This document shows positions 37,038 to 46,837 of a DNA stretch of 64,000 nt, in pieces. The position numbers and the translations under genes are program-made. The notes beneath the pieces are model-generated. The model was not told the origin of the DNA and did not search any database. It saw nothing but the letters and a program-made list of their open reading frames with translations. Position 1 is the stretch's first letter. Every line of letters begins with the position of its first letter. The stretch is from Elusimicrobiota bacterium. GTDB taxonomy: Bacteria; Elusimicrobiota; Elusimicrobia; F11. The stretch covers positions 64,001-128,000 of the forward strand of contig JBGAON010000005.1 of NCBI GenBank assembly GCA_044221725.1, written 5' to 3'.

Positions 37038-37460
37038 ATGTTGATGCCAGCACGAGTTAAATTTCGCAAAAGCCATCGCGGTCGCTTGAAAGGTTCGGCT
37101 CACAAGGGTTGCACGCTTGCTTTTGGTGAGTATGGATTGCAGGCGCTTGCCAACAAGTGGATTACCGCTCGTCAAATCGAAGCGGCGCGGGTGGCGCTGA
37201 CGCGCTACACGAAAAAAGGCGGAAAGATGTGGGTCCGCATTTTTCCAGACAAACCAATTTCACAGAAACCAGCGGAAACCCGCATGGGAAAAGGAAAAGG
37301 CGACCCGGCGTTCTGGGTGGCTGTTGTGAAACGCGGTCGGATTCTTTTCGAGATGGAAGGAATTACCTCCGTCGAGGCCAAGCAAGCAATGAAAGTGGCT
37401 TCCGATAAATTGCCGATCCAGTGTCAGTTTGTTGACCGCGTCGGCGTATCAAGGATTTAA
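37038..37460 (+). CDS. rplP: 50S ribosomal protein L16
   Basis: RQIEAAR and RMGKGKG. Confidence 0.99.
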   Translation: MLMPARVKFRKSHRGRLKGSAHKGCTLAFGEYGLQALANKWITARQIEAARVALTRYTKKGGKMWVRIFPDKPISQKPAETRMGKGKGDPAFWVAVVKRGRILFEMEGITSVEAKQAMKVASDKLPIQCQFVDRVGVSRI

Positions 37461-37463
37461 GTT

Positions 37464-37688
37464 ATGGCGAAAGAAAAAGAATTTAATTACAAGCAGGCGA
37501 GCGAAGGCGATCTTCGTGCGCGCTTGCAAAAAACACAACAGGATCTGTTTAAGCTCCGTTTCCGCGCGGCATCCGCTCCCCTCAAGGATACGATGGCGAT
37601 TCGCAAATTGCGTCGTGAAGCGGCCCGCATTTCCACTTTTATGAATCAGAATGAGAGAGCTGCCGCTGCGCAGGGGAGTAAAAAATAA
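37464..37688 (+). CDS. rpmC: 50S ribosomal protein L29
   Basis: LFKLRF..IRKLRREAARI; operon position. Confidence 0.93.
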   Translation: MAKEKEFNYKQASEGDLRARLQKTQQDLFKLRFRAASAPLKDTMAIRKLRREAARISTFMNQNERAAAAQGSKK

Positions 37689-37972
37689 TGAGCGAAGAAA
37701 CACGATCGTCACGGCGAGTTCTTGAAGGCTGGGTTGTGTCGGACAAAATGGACAAAACCCGCGTTATCGCGATTCGGTGGTCCAAGCGCGATTCGCACTA
37801 CGAAAAAGTGCAACGCGTCACCACAAAAGTTTACGCACACGATGAGAAGAACGAAACACACGAAGGCGACAAAGTGCGCGTGATGGAAACTCGTCCCCTT
37901 TCTGCGAAGAAAAGATGGCGCATCACCGAAGTGTTGGCCAAGAATCCGGCAGCGTTGGCGGCGGTGAAATAA
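37688..37972 (+). CDS. rpsQ: 30S ribosomal protein S17
   Basis: [13 protein letters not shown] and ETRPLS. Confidence 0.98.
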   Translation: MSEETRSSRRVLEGWVVSDKMDKTRVIAIRWSKRDSHYEKVQRVTTKVYAHDEKNETHEGDKVRVMETRPLSAKKRWRITEVLAKNPAALAAVK

Positions 37973-37973
37973 C

Positions 37974-38342
37974 ATGATCCAACAACAAACATATTTAACG
38001 GTTGCTGATAATTCGGGCGCGCGTGAGCTCATGGTTATTCACGTGTCCGGTTCGTCCGGCCGTCGGTACGCCGGCATTGGCGACAAAGTTGTGTGCGCGG
38101 TGAAAGATGCTCTTCCGGGCGCCACGATTAAAAAAGGTGACGTTGTGAAAGCGGTTGTGGTTCGTCAGCGCAAAGAATCGCGTCGCGTCGATGGAAGCTA
38201 TATTCGATTTGATGACAATGCCGGTGTCGTGATCAACGACGAAGGCGAGCCGCGCGGCACGCGTATTTTTGGTCCCATCGCGCGTGAACTTCGTGAAAAA
38301 AATTATTTGAAAATTATTTCGCTCGCACCGGAAGTGTTATGA
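37974..38342 (+). CDS. rplN: 50S ribosomal protein L14
   Basis: ADNSGA and GTRIFGP..SLAPEVL. Confidence 0.99.
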   Translation: MIQQQTYLTVADNSGARELMVIHVSGSSGRRYAGIGDKVVCAVKDALPGATIKKGDVVKAVVVRQRKESRRVDGSYIRFDDNAGVVINDEGEPRGTRIFGPIARELREKNYLKIISLAPEVL

Positions 38343-38668
38343 ATTCAATTCGAAAGCACGACAAAGTAAGAATTCTTTGGGGCAAGGATCGCGGAAAGGA
38401 AGGCGAAGTGATCCTCGTTGAACCAAAGAAGAGTCGCGTTTTGGTGGCGAAGATCAATTTGGCAAAGCGGCACACGCGCCCACAGGGCCAGGCCGAAGGC
38501 GGAGGAATTAAAGACAAAGAGCTTTTCTTGCCGCTCGCGAAAGTGATGTTGATTGATCCGGACACAAAGAAACCAACGCGACCAAAGTTTGATCGGTTAA
38601 CGGACGGAACGAAAATCCGTCTGTGCCGCGCAACGGGCACCGTGATTCAAGAGCCAAAGAAACGATAG
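38339..38668 (+). CDS. rplX: 50S ribosomal protein L24
   Basis: KOW motif GKDRGKEG; operon position. Confidence 0.96.
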   Translation: MNSIRKHDKVRILWGKDRGKEGEVILVEPKKSRVLVAKINLAKRHTRPQGQAEGGGIKDKELFLPLAKVMLIDPDTKKPTRPKFDRLTDGTKIRLCRATGTVIQEPKKR

Positions 38669-38685
38669 TTTGAGGAGATGTTTTT

Positions 38686-39273
38686 GTGAGCGCAGAGAGC
38701 AAATCAACTAATACAACACCACGGTTAAAAGAAGCCTTCGTCGCCGCTGGCGTGAAGATGCTTCAAGAGAAGCTGGGAAAAACGAACGTAAACGCGGTTC
38801 CGCGTTTGGAAAAAATCGTTATCAACATTGGCGTTTCGGCCGCACGTGAAAATATCAAAGCGTTGGATATCGCGACCGAAGAGTTGGCCCAGATTACCGG
38901 CCAAAAACCCACGGTTCGTAAATCCAAGAAGTCCATTTCCGCGTTCAAACTTCGTGAAGGAATGCCGATCGGTGTTGCTGTCACGCTGCGTGGCGCGCGC
39001 ATGTACGAATTTTTGGATCGGTTTATCTCGATCGCCGCGCCGCGTATCCGCGACTTCCGCGGGCTGAATCCGAGCGCATTCGATGGCGGCGGAAACTACA
39101 ATTTGGGAATCAAAGAGCAATATATTTTCCCGGAAGTGAACGTTGAAAAGTCCGACGCTCCCCGCGGCATGAACATCACGTTTGTGACGAGCGCACAGAG
39201 CGATAAGGATGCTTACGAGTTATTGAACGTGCTCGGATTGCCGTTCGCGAAAGATAAGAATAAGAAGAATTAA
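38686..39273 (+). CDS. rplE: 50S ribosomal protein L5
   Basis: FKLREG, PRIRDFRG and IFPE. Confidence 0.98.
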   Translation: MSAESKSTNTTPRLKEAFVAAGVKMLQEKLGKTNVNAVPRLEKIVINIGVSAARENIKALDIATEELAQITGQKPTVRKSKKSISAFKLREGMPIGVAVTLRGARMYEFLDRFISIAAPRIRDFRGLNPSAFDGGGNYNLGIKEQYIFPEVNVEKSDAPRGMNITFVTSAQSDKDAYELLNVLGLPFAKDKNKKN

Positions 39274-39281
39274 ATTTCATT

Positions 39282-39355
39282 ATTCCCTCTCCCTTTAGGG
39301 AGAGGGTAGGGTGAGGGAAAGCCCTCCCCTAGCCCCTCCGTAAACGGAGGGGAAT
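39282..39355. repeat. Family-2 CCCTCTCCC/GGGAGAGGG three-hairpin repeat
   Basis: CCCTCTCCCT-TT-AGGGAGAGGG; TAGGGTGAGGG/CCCTCCCCTA; CCCCTCCGT-AA-ACGGAGGGG. Confidence 0.8.
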
Positions 39356-39372
39356 TCAAGGAGAACACATTA

Positions 39373-39558
39373 ATGGCTACATATGCTTGGATGGCAAAAA
39401 TGCGCAAGCCCCAGAAATTCGCAACGCGGTTTCACAATCGTTGCCGCTTGTGCGGACGTGCCCGCAGTTTCTATCGCGATTTTGGACTTTGCCGAATCTG
39501 CTTTCGGAACCTCGCGCACAAAGCGCAAATCCCAGGCATCTTGAAGTCGAGCTGGTAA
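39373..39558 (+). CDS. rpsZ: 30S ribosomal protein S14, type Z (zinc-binding)
   Basis: 61 aa; CRLC...CRIC; ends SSW. Confidence 0.97.
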   Translation: MATYAWMAKMRKPQKFATRFHNRCRLCGRARSFYRDFGLCRICFRNLAHKAQIPGILKSSW

Positions 39559-39566
39559 GGAGATTT

Positions 39567-39956
39567 ATGGACCCGATTGCAAATATGTTGACCCAACTTT
39601 CGAACGCGAACCACAAGTTTAAAGAAACCGTGGATATCCCCGCATCGAAAGTGAAGACCGAAATCGCCCGTGTGTTGAAAGAAGAAGGATACATCAGCAA
39701 TTTTCGAGTTTCGCAAGACAAGCGCACGAACACCATTCGCGTCACGATGAAATATTCGCCAGCGAAAGAACGTGTGCTTCAAGGCGTGAAGCGTATTTCG
39801 AAGCCAGGTTTGCGGGTTTACCGCAAATGGTCAGAAATTCCGTCTGTTCAGAATGGTCTCGGAACCGCGATTGTATCGACGTCGAAAGGCGTTTTGGCTG
39901 GTCAACGCGCAAAAGAGAAGAAGCTCGGCGGCGAAGTGCTTTGTTTCGTTTGGTAG
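39567..39956 (+). CDS. rpsH: 30S ribosomal protein S8
   Basis: MDPIANMLT, SKPGLRVY and GGEVLC. Confidence 0.98.
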   Translation: MDPIANMLTQLSNANHKFKETVDIPASKVKTEIARVLKEEGYISNFRVSQDKRTNTIRVTMKYSPAKERVLQGVKRISKPGLRVYRKWSEIPSVQNGLGTAIVSTSKGVLAGQRAKEKKLGGEVLCFVW

Positions 39957-39982
39957 TTCGAAAGATTAATTAAGGATTTCAT

Positions 39983-40603
39983 ATGACGACTGTAGTTGAA
40001 AAAACAAAAAAAGAAGCGCCGTTATCCCGATTGGGCCGCAAGCCCGTTGAGATTCCGCAGGGCGTGAAAGTCACCGTTAACGCGGGCACGGTTCAAGCGG
40101 AAGGTTCGCGTGGAAAATTGAGTTGGACATTGCCGAGTTTGATCACGGCCAAAGTGGAAGGAAATTTGGTGAAACTTTCTCCGGTTGAAAACACCAACCA
40201 GAGCAAAGCGCTCCATGGTTTGTCGCGCAAGCTCGTGCTGAACATGGTGGAAGGCGTCACAAAAGGTTTTCAGAAAAGACTCGTCATTGAAGGTGTCGGT
40301 TTTCGTTCGGCGGTTGCCGGAAATAAACTGACGATGACATTGGGTTTTTCACATCCGGCGGTGTTCGAAATCCCGAAGGACATCAAAATTATTACAGATC
40401 CCAAAGCGCCAAGCTTTTTGGTGATTGAGGGCAACGACAAACAGCGCGTGGGCCAAGTGGCAGCGCAGATTCGATCGATTAAGAAACCGGAACCATACAA
40501 AGGAACCGGAATCCGCTACGAAAACGAAGTGATCAAACGCAAAGCCGGTAAAGCAGCGGCCGGTGCGGCTGGCGCAGGTGCAGCGGGTGGAGGGAAGAAA
40601 TAA
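39983..40603 (+). CDS. rplF: 50S ribosomal protein L6
   Basis: LGFSH and PEPYKGTGIRY. Confidence 0.98.
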   Translation: MTTVVEKTKKEAPLSRLGRKPVEIPQGVKVTVNAGTVQAEGSRGKLSWTLPSLITAKVEGNLVKLSPVENTNQSKALHGLSRKLVLNMVEGVTKGFQKRLVIEGVGFRSAVAGNKLTMTLGFSHPAVFEIPKDIKIITDPKAPSFLVIEGNDKQRVGQVAAQIRSIKKPEPYKGTGIRYENEVIKRKAGKAAAGAAGAGAAGGGKK

Positions 40604-40956
40604 TGAAGGTTAAATCTCGCGCCGAGCGTTACAACTTCCGGAAACTGCGCGTTCAACAGCGGATTCGCAACGCCTCACTAAATCCTCGTTTGTCGGTGTA
40701 TCGCAGCTTGAAACACATTTATGCGCAAATCATTGATGATGCGCAAGGCAAAACGATTGTGTCGGCGTCATCAAAAGAAAAAGGTTTTTCAAAAGCCAGC
40801 GGTATCAAAGCAGCGACGATGGTCGGCGAAAATCTTGGTAAGAAAGCCGTGCAGAAAGGAGTTTCTGCGGTGGTTTTTGATCGCGGCGGTCGCCCGTATC
40901 ACGGCAGAGTAAAAGCGCTCGCTGATGGAGCGAGACAAGCAGGACTAAAGTTTTAA
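40603..40956 (+). CDS. rplR: 50S ribosomal protein L18
   Basis: PRLSVYRS and FDRGG..YHGRV. Confidence 0.98.
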   Translation: MKVKSRAERYNFRKLRVQQRIRNASLNPRLSVYRSLKHIYAQIIDDAQGKTIVSASSKEKGFSKASGIKAATMVGENLGKKAVQKGVSAVVFDRGGRPYHGRVKALADGARQAGLKF

Positions 40957-40965
40957 GGGACGAAC

Positions 40966-41496
40966 ATGAATAAAATTGATGCAAGCAATCTCACATTAAC
41001 CGAAACCGTCATCAAGATTGGCCGCGTGGCCAAAGTGGTGAAAGGTGGAAAACGTTTTTCGTTTAACGCGCTCGTCGTTGTTGGTGACGGCCAAGGTCAC
41101 GTCGGCGTCGGACTTGGAAAAGCGAAAGAAGTCCAATCGGCGATCAAGAAAGGCGGCACGCAGGCCACGAAAGATGTTGTGAAAGTCGCGTTGTCCGGCA
41201 CGACGATTCCCCACGATACGATCGGGAAATTTGGTTCCGGAGAAATTTTGCTGAAACCCGCAGCGCCCGGAACCGGTGTTATCGCCGGAGGTTCGGCGCG
41301 CGCGGTGCTTGAGGCGGCCGGCGTGAAAGACGTTCTCACGAAATCCCTGGGCAGCCGCAACCATTTCAACGTGGTGTACGCGACGCTTATGGGTCTCAAA
41401 AATTTGAAGCTTCCTGAAGACGTGTCGCGTCTTCGCGGCAAAACCGTGGAAGCGGATCGCAAGTTCGTACAGGAGCCTGTCAATGCAGTTGCATAA
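40966..41496 (+). CDS. rpsE: 30S ribosomal protein S5
   Basis: [11 protein letters not shown] and PGTGVIAGG. Confidence 0.98.
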   Translation: MNKIDASNLTLTETVIKIGRVAKVVKGGKRFSFNALVVVGDGQGHVGVGLGKAKEVQSAIKKGGTQATKDVVKVALSGTTIPHDTIGKFGSGEILLKPAAPGTGVIAGGSARAVLEAAGVKDVLTKSLGSRNHFNVVYATLMGLKNLKLPEDVSRLRGKTVEADRKFVQEPVNAVA

Positions 41497-41929
41497 TTTA
41501 AAACCCGCGCCGGGTTCACGTCCGGCCAAACACATCGTCGGTCGCGGCGAAGGCAGTGGTCTCGGTCAAACGGCCGGTAAAGGCCAGAAAGGACAATCGA
41601 GCCGCACCGGCGACACGATCATGCTTGGATTCGAAGGCGGTCAAACGCCGCTTTTCCGTCGTATTCCAAAACGTGGATTTAATCATCCGTCGAAAATTAC
41701 CTACGAAGCGATCAATTTGATTGTGCTCGAAGAGAAATTCAAGGCCGGTGAGCAAGTGGACGCAGAGGCGTTGTTCAAGAAAGGCCTCATCAAAACGGCC
41801 GCCGTTCCTTACAAAATTTTGGGTGTTGGAAAACTGACGAAGTCTTTGAAGATCACAGCGAACAAGTTTTCGAAGTCCGCGGAGAAAGCAATTAAGGCCG
41901 CGGGTGGTACGTCGGCAGCGGTGAAGTAA
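41483..41929 (+). CDS. rplO: 50S ribosomal protein L15
   Basis: GRGEGSG and [16 protein letters not shown]. Confidence 0.98.
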   Translation: MQLHNLKPAPGSRPAKHIVGRGEGSGLGQTAGKGQKGQSSRTGDTIMLGFEGGQTPLFRRIPKRGFNHPSKITYEAINLIVLEEKFKAGEQVDAEALFKKGLIKTAAVPYKILGVGKLTKSLKITANKFSKSAEKAIKAAGGTSAAVK

Positions 41930-41947
41930 GCTTCGGTTCCGGTTTTC

Positions 41948-43288
41948 ATGATCCAGTCCGTATTCGATCTTTTCAAAATTAAAGAGCTGCGCAAGCGCAT
42001 ACTCATTACGTTGGGTGTGATCGCGCTTTACCGTCTCGGTGTTATCATCCCGATTCCCGGTGTGAACGCGGACGCGCTGTCGGTTCTTTTTAAACAGCAA
42101 GCAAATTCGTTGTTGGGCTTTCTCGACGTTTTTTCGGGCGGTGCGCTGTCGCGGATGTCAATTTTCTCGATGGGCATCATGCCGTACATCAATGCATCGA
42201 TCATCATGAGTTTGTTGCAGGGCGCGCATGTGATTCCGTACTTGGATCATTTGGCAAAAGAAGGAGAAGCCGGTCGGAAACGTTTGAATCAAATCACGCG
42301 TTACGCCACGGTGGCCTTGGGGTTCATTCAGTCGTTCGGACTAACACAGTTGATTTCGCGTTTGCCGCTTCCGGGAGATATTCCGGTCGTTCTCAATCCG
42401 GGTATTGGCTTCACGCTAATGACGATGATTACACTTGTAACAGGCACCGTGTTTGTCATGTGGCTCGGTGAACAAATCACCGAATTTGGAATTGGAAACG
42501 GAATTTCGCTGATCATTTTTACGGGAATCGTGGACCGGTTGTGGCCTGCGATTCATAATGTCATTCGTGAAGTTTTTGAGTTGCAACAGCGCAGCTTGTT
42601 TGGTGCGGTGTTGGTTTTGGTTGTCGTGTTGGCCGTCACGGGACTTGTTGTATGGCTTGAAACCGGTCAACGAAAGATCCCGGTGCAATACGCAAAGCGC
42701 GTTGTTGGGCGAAAAATGATGGGTGGACAAAGCACGTTTTTGCCACTCAAAGTCGATCAGTCTGGCGTCATCGCGGTGATTTTTGCGGTGTCGCTGTTGT
42801 CGTTCCCGGTAACGATTGCATCGTTTTCGCCGCAGTCGGCGTGGGCGCATAAGATGAACGATGTGTTCAATCACGGTGCGTGGTGGTACAACCTGACCTA
42901 TGCGGCGCTTATTATTTTCTTCTGCTATTTTTATAACTCGGTGTCGTTTAATCCGAAAGATATCGCGGAAAATCTGAAGAAGTGGGGTGGTTTTGTACTC
43001 GGAATTCGTCCGGGCGAACAAACCGCTGCGTATTTGGAAAAGGTGATGGAGCGCATTACGCTCGGCGGCTCGTTAGCCGTGGCACTTTTAGCGGTGTTGC
43101 CAACAATTTTGCAACAAAAATTTAATGTGCCGTTCTTTTTCGGTGGTACGTCGATTTTGATCGTGGTGGGTGTTGCTCTCGACACGGTAAGCCAATTGGA
43201 ATCGCATTTGATTATGCGGCACTACGAAGGATTTAGCAAAACTGGCGCTGTCACGGGACGTGGCCGCGGTCGGTGGTATTCCGCGTAG
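41948..43288 (+). CDS. secY: Preprotein translocase SecY
   Basis: GIMPYINASI, WLGEQIT..GIGNGISL, GIRPG and GGTSILIVV. Confidence 0.99.
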   Translation: MIQSVFDLFKIKELRKRILITLGVIALYRLGVIIPIPGVNADALSVLFKQQANSLLGFLDVFSGGALSRMSIFSMGIMPYINASIIMSLLQGAHVIPYLDHLAKEGEAGRKRLNQITRYATVALGFIQSFGLTQLISRLPLPGDIPVVLNPGIGFTLMTMITLVTGTVFVMWLGEQITEFGIGNGISLIIFTGIVDRLWPAIHNVIREVFELQQRSLFGAVLVLVVVLAVTGLVVWLETGQRKIPVQYAKRVVGRKMMGGQSTFLPLKVDQSGVIAVIFAVSLLSFPVTIASFSPQSAWAHKMNDVFNHGAWWYNLTYAALIIFFCYFYNSVSFNPKDIAENLKKWGGFVLGIRPGEQTAAYLEKVMERITLGGSLAVALLAVLPTILQQKFNVPFFFGGTSILIVVGVALDTVSQLESHLIMRHYEGFSKTGAVTGRGRGRWYSA

Positions 43289-43926
43289 TGAATATTGTTT
43301 TTCTCGGTCCGCCGGGTTCTGGAAAGGGAACTCAGGCAAAGGGCGTAGCGGACAAATTTAATTTGGTTCATTTGTCGACGGGTGATGCGTTTCGCGAAGC
43401 GATCGCGAACCAGACGGAACTTGGCAGAGAAATTAAAGGTTTTGTTGACAGCGGGAAGCTGGTTCCAGACGAATTGGTTTCGCGTGTTGTTTTTGAAAAA
43501 GTGGGTTCTTTAAAAAAGGGATTTTTGTTGGACGGGTATCCGCGAACTGTTGATCAGGCGAGAGCGCTTGATCAATACGCGAAGACAAAAAATATTTCGC
43601 TGGACGCGATTGTGTTCTTTGATGTGGACTTTGCCGAGCTTGTGAAACGACTGTCGGCTCGACGTCAGTGCCAGAGCTGCAAAGAAGTCTACAATCTCGT
43701 GAACAAAGCACCGAAAACGGCCGATGTGTGTGATAAATGTGGTTCGACGTTGTTGCACCGTCCCGATGATCAACCCGCGGTCGTCGAAGAACGTTTAAAA
43801 ATTTACACGCTGCAAACAGCTCCCGTTTTGGATTTTTATAAAGCACGAGCGGGTTTTCACCAGGTTAACGCTGCACAGCCAATTGAGAAAGTAAGCGCGG
43901 ACATAAAAGCAGCGCTGTCAAACTAA
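43288..43926 (+). CDS. adk: Adenylate kinase with zinc lid
   Basis: GPPGSGKGT, LDGYPR and two CxxC in the lid; GTG start overlapping the secY stop. Confidence 0.97.
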   Translation: MNIVFLGPPGSGKGTQAKGVADKFNLVHLSTGDAFREAIANQTELGREIKGFVDSGKLVPDELVSRVVFEKVGSLKKGFLLDGYPRTVDQARALDQYAKTKNISLDAIVFFDVDFAELVKRLSARRQCQSCKEVYNLVNKAPKTADVCDKCGSTLLHRPDDQPAVVEERLKIYTLQTAPVLDFYKARAGFHQVNAAQPIEKVSADIKAALSN

Positions 43927-43928
43927 AC

Positions 43929-44702
43929 GTGGGAAACGTTTCGGCCAAGGGTCAGGCAATCGAGTTAAAAACGAAAGCCGAGCTCGAAAAGATGCGGCAG
44001 GCGGGCAAAGTGGCCGGAGCAACGCTAAAAGCAGTGGTTGCCGCTATCGACGCGGGTGTTACGACAAAAGATTTGGACCGCGTTGCGGAAAATTTTATTC
44101 GCAAGAACGGCGGAATTCCGACGTTCATTGGATATCGTGGATATCCAGCTTCGTTGTGTGTCTCAATCAATAACGAAGTGGTTCACGGAATTCCGGGAAA
44201 CCGGAAATTGAAAGCCGGCGATGTGGTGAGTGTGGACGTGGCCGCAACCGTTGATGGATTTGTTGGAGACACGGCGACAACGGTCATCGTGCCTCCGGCG
44301 AAGGCGGACGCTCAAAAGCTCGTGGAGGTTTCGGAACGTTCGCTGCAAGCCGCGATTGATGCGATGAGGCCGGGAAACCGGCTGGGCGATGTTGGATTTG
44401 CGGTGCAGAACGTTGCCGAGTCAAACGGATTTGGAGTTGTCAGAGATTTTGTTGGCCATGGAATCGGACGCCGTATGCACGAGGAACCTGCGGTGCCGAA
44501 TTATGGAAAACCCGGGTCGGGAATGCGGTTGGAAGCGGGACTTGTTTTGGCCGTTGAACCGATGGTGACAATGGGCGATTGGCATGTGCGCGTGTTGGCC
44601 GATGGTTGGACGGTTGTGACGATGGATGGATCGCTCGCCGCGCACTTTGAACACACGATTGCGATCACGGAAAGTGGGCCAGAAGTTTTAACACGAGTTT
44701 AA
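43929..44702 (+). CDS. map: Methionine aminopeptidase type I
   Basis: VHGIP, GHGIG, EPM and HFEHT. Confidence 0.98.
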   Translation: MGNVSAKGQAIELKTKAELEKMRQAGKVAGATLKAVVAAIDAGVTTKDLDRVAENFIRKNGGIPTFIGYRGYPASLCVSINNEVVHGIPGNRKLKAGDVVSVDVAATVDGFVGDTATTVIVPPAKADAQKLVEVSERSLQAAIDAMRPGNRLGDVGFAVQNVAESNGFGVVRDFVGHGIGRRMHEEPAVPNYGKPGSGMRLEAGLVLAVEPMVTMGDWHVRVLADGWTVVTMDGSLAAHFEHTIAITESGPEVLTRV

Positions 44703-44711
44703 AGGAAAGTA

Positions 44712-44930
44712 ATGACGAAAGAAGACAAGATCGAAGTCGAAGGGACAATTTTGGAAGCGTTACCGAACGCGATGTTTCGCGTTGAGATGGAAGGCGGGCA
44801 CAAGATTTTGGCGCATATCTCAGGAAAAATGCGCATGCATTACATCAAGATTTTGCCGGGAGATAAGGTGAAAGTGGAATTGTCGCCGTACGATCTTACG
44901 AGAGGAAGGATTACTTACAGAGCGAAGTGA
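44712..44930 (+). CDS. infA: Translation initiation factor IF-1
   Basis: [13 protein letters not shown] and SPYDL. Confidence 0.99.
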   Translation: MTKEDKIEVEGTILEALPNAMFRVEMEGGHKILAHISGKMRMHYIKILPGDKVKVELSPYDLTRGRITYRAK

Positions 44931-44997
44931 TATTCCCTCTCTCTTTAGGGAGAGGGAAATCCCTCATCCCAACCTTCTCCCTAAAGGGAGAAAGAGA
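44931..44997. repeat. Family-2 CCCTCTC/GAGAGGG repeat, second copy
   Basis: TATTCCCTCTCTCTTTAGGGAGAGGG matches the copy starting at 39281; then CCCTCATCCCAACCTTCTCCCTAAAGGGAGAA. Confidence 0.8.
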
Positions 44998-45016
44998 CGA
45001 GAAAAAAGGACGATTT

Positions 45017-45130
45017 ATGAAAGTCAGAGCATCCGTAAAAAAATTGTGTGACAAATGCCGCGTTATTAAACGGCACGGCAAAGTCTATATTGTTTGCGCA
45101 AACGCGCGGCACAAACAGCGCCAGGGATAA
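45017..45130 (+). CDS. rpmJ: 50S ribosomal protein L36 (zinc ribbon)
   Basis: [14 protein letters not shown]...C...HKQRQG. Confidence 0.98.
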   Translation: MKVRASVKKLCDKCRVIKRHGKVYIVCANARHKQRQG

Positions 45131-45189
45131 CACTGTGGAAAATCAGTGTCGTAAATTAATTCAAATCGTAGAAACGGGGAGAAAATAGA

Positions 45190-45573
45190 ATGGCTCGAGT
45201 AGCAGGAATCGATTTACCGAAAGCGAAACGCGTTGATATCGCGCTTCGCTACATTTACGGAGTGGGGCCGTTTCGTGCGAACCAATTGCTCGAAGCCACG
45301 GGCATTAACCCAGCGACGCGCGTGAAAGATTTAACCGAAGGCGACGTTTCGAAGATTAATACCGAAATCACGAAATCGTTTCGTGTCGAAGGTGATTTGA
45401 AACGTGAAGTGCAAGGAAACATTCGTCGCCTCATCGAAATCAATTCGTACCGCGGATTCCGCCACCGACGCAACTTGCCGGTTCATGGACAACGCACAAA
45501 ATCGAACGCTCGTACCCGTCGTGGACGTCGTCGTACCGTTGGTTCGGCAAAAGCCGAAGCCGCAGCAGCTTAA
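45190..45573 (+). CDS. rpsM: 30S ribosomal protein S13
   Basis: MARVAG and YRG.RH..LPV.GQRT. Confidence 0.99.
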   Translation: MARVAGIDLPKAKRVDIALRYIYGVGPFRANQLLEATGINPATRVKDLTEGDVSKINTEITKSFRVEGDLKREVQGNIRRLIEINSYRGFRHRRNLPVHGQRTKSNARTRRGRRRTVGSAKAEAAAA

Positions 45574-45585
45574 TTAAGAGGAATT

Positions 45586-46065
45586 ATGGAAGAGAAAAAA
45601 CCAGAAGCAAAAAAATCTGCGAAGCCAGCCGAAGGCGCGGCCGAGGGAAAAGCAGCAGCGAAAGCCGCTGGAGCAAAGCCGGCCGATAAACCGGTAAAGA
45701 AAAAGAAAGTTCAGCGCGACGTGAGTTTCGCGCGCGCGTACGTGCAGTGCACGTTCAACAACACAATCATTTCGATTACCGACGACCACGGAGGTGTTAT
45801 TTCCTGGGCGTCCGCCGGCAGCTCGGGGTTCAAAGGAACAAAGAAAGGCACCCCGTTCGCGGCGCAGGTGACGGCCGAGAAAGCCGCCAACAAAGCAAAG
45901 GAAATGGGCGTGCGCCAAGTCATGGTGTTTGTGCGCGGCCCAGGATCCGGACGCGAAACCGCCATTCGGGCGCTTCAAGCGGCCGGGTTTTCAATCAGTT
46001 TGATTCGAGATGTGACGCCGATTCCGCATAACGGATGCCGTCCTCCGAAACCAAGGAGAGTATAA
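45586..46065 (+). CDS. rpsK: 30S ribosomal protein S11 with Lys/Ala-rich N-terminal extension
   Basis: TFNNT, GPGSGRE and [12 protein letters not shown]. Confidence 0.98.
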   Translation: MEEKKPEAKKSAKPAEGAAEGKAAAKAAGAKPADKPVKKKKVQRDVSFARAYVQCTFNNTIISITDDHGGVISWASAGSSGFKGTKKGTPFAAQVTAEKAANKAKEMGVRQVMVFVRGPGSGRETAIRALQAAGFSISLIRDVTPIPHNGCRPPKPRRV

Positions 46066-46749
46066 GTGGCTAGATATATAGGAGCAGTCTGTAAGCTTTG
46101 TCGCCGCGAGGGCACGAAGTTGTTTTTGAAAGGAGAACGGTGCTACTCGAAATGTCCTATTGATAAACCGACCGGAGCGCTTGTTCCGGGGCAGCACGGA
46201 AAACGGCGTTCAAAAATTACCGAATACGGCAAACGGCTCCGCGAAAAACAAAAAACGAAACGGATTGCCGGTCTTCTCGAGCGGTCATTTTATTCATACT
46301 TCGATCGCGCTACCCACGAACCGGGCAAAACCGGTGAAGCGTTGCTTCGATTCTTGGAAACCCGTTTGGACAACGTTGTGCGCCGCCTGGGTTTTGCCAC
46401 CTCCATGGCCGCTGCTCGTCAGTTGGTTAATCACGGTCACATTTCTGTTAATGGCAAACGTGTGAACACCGCGTCGTACAACACAGCGGTCGGCGATGTG
46501 ATCACGCTGGCCGAAGGTTTGAAAGGCAACGTGCGCGTTCAACGCGCGATTTCGACGCAGCTCCATCGCCAAATTCCGGCGTGGCTCGAACTTAATCCGG
46601 CGGTGGCCGATGCATTGGGTCGCTCGAAGGACTTGCCGGTGGACTTGAAAGATTTGAAAGTTGAAGGGACGGTGAGACTTCTGCCGACGCGCGAAGAAAT
46701 GTCCTACCCGGTCAACGAACAGTACATCGTCGAACTTTACTCGAAATAA
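46066..46749 (+). CDS. rpsD: 30S ribosomal protein S4 (zinc-binding type)
   Basis: CKLCRREG, LETRLDN, ARQLV.HGH and IVELYS. Confidence 0.98.
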   Translation: MARYIGAVCKLCRREGTKLFLKGERCYSKCPIDKPTGALVPGQHGKRRSKITEYGKRLREKQKTKRIAGLLERSFYSYFDRATHEPGKTGEALLRFLETRLDNVVRRLGFATSMAAARQLVNHGHISVNGKRVNTASYNTAVGDVITLAEGLKGNVRVQRAISTQLHRQIPAWLELNPAVADALGRSKDLPVDLKDLKVEGTVRLLPTREEMSYPVNEQYIVELYSK

Positions 46750-46837
46750 AAATTTCATCGGTATCTGCGGAAAGGCTGGACCCGTCAATTGAAAACGGCG
46801 GACCATGTCGTTGCAGAACCAAATTAAGGAGAAAAAA

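Noticed and set aside
44927..45016. Apparent N-terminal extension of L36
   Set aside because: It is the translated family-2 repeat; the canonical start with SD is at 45017
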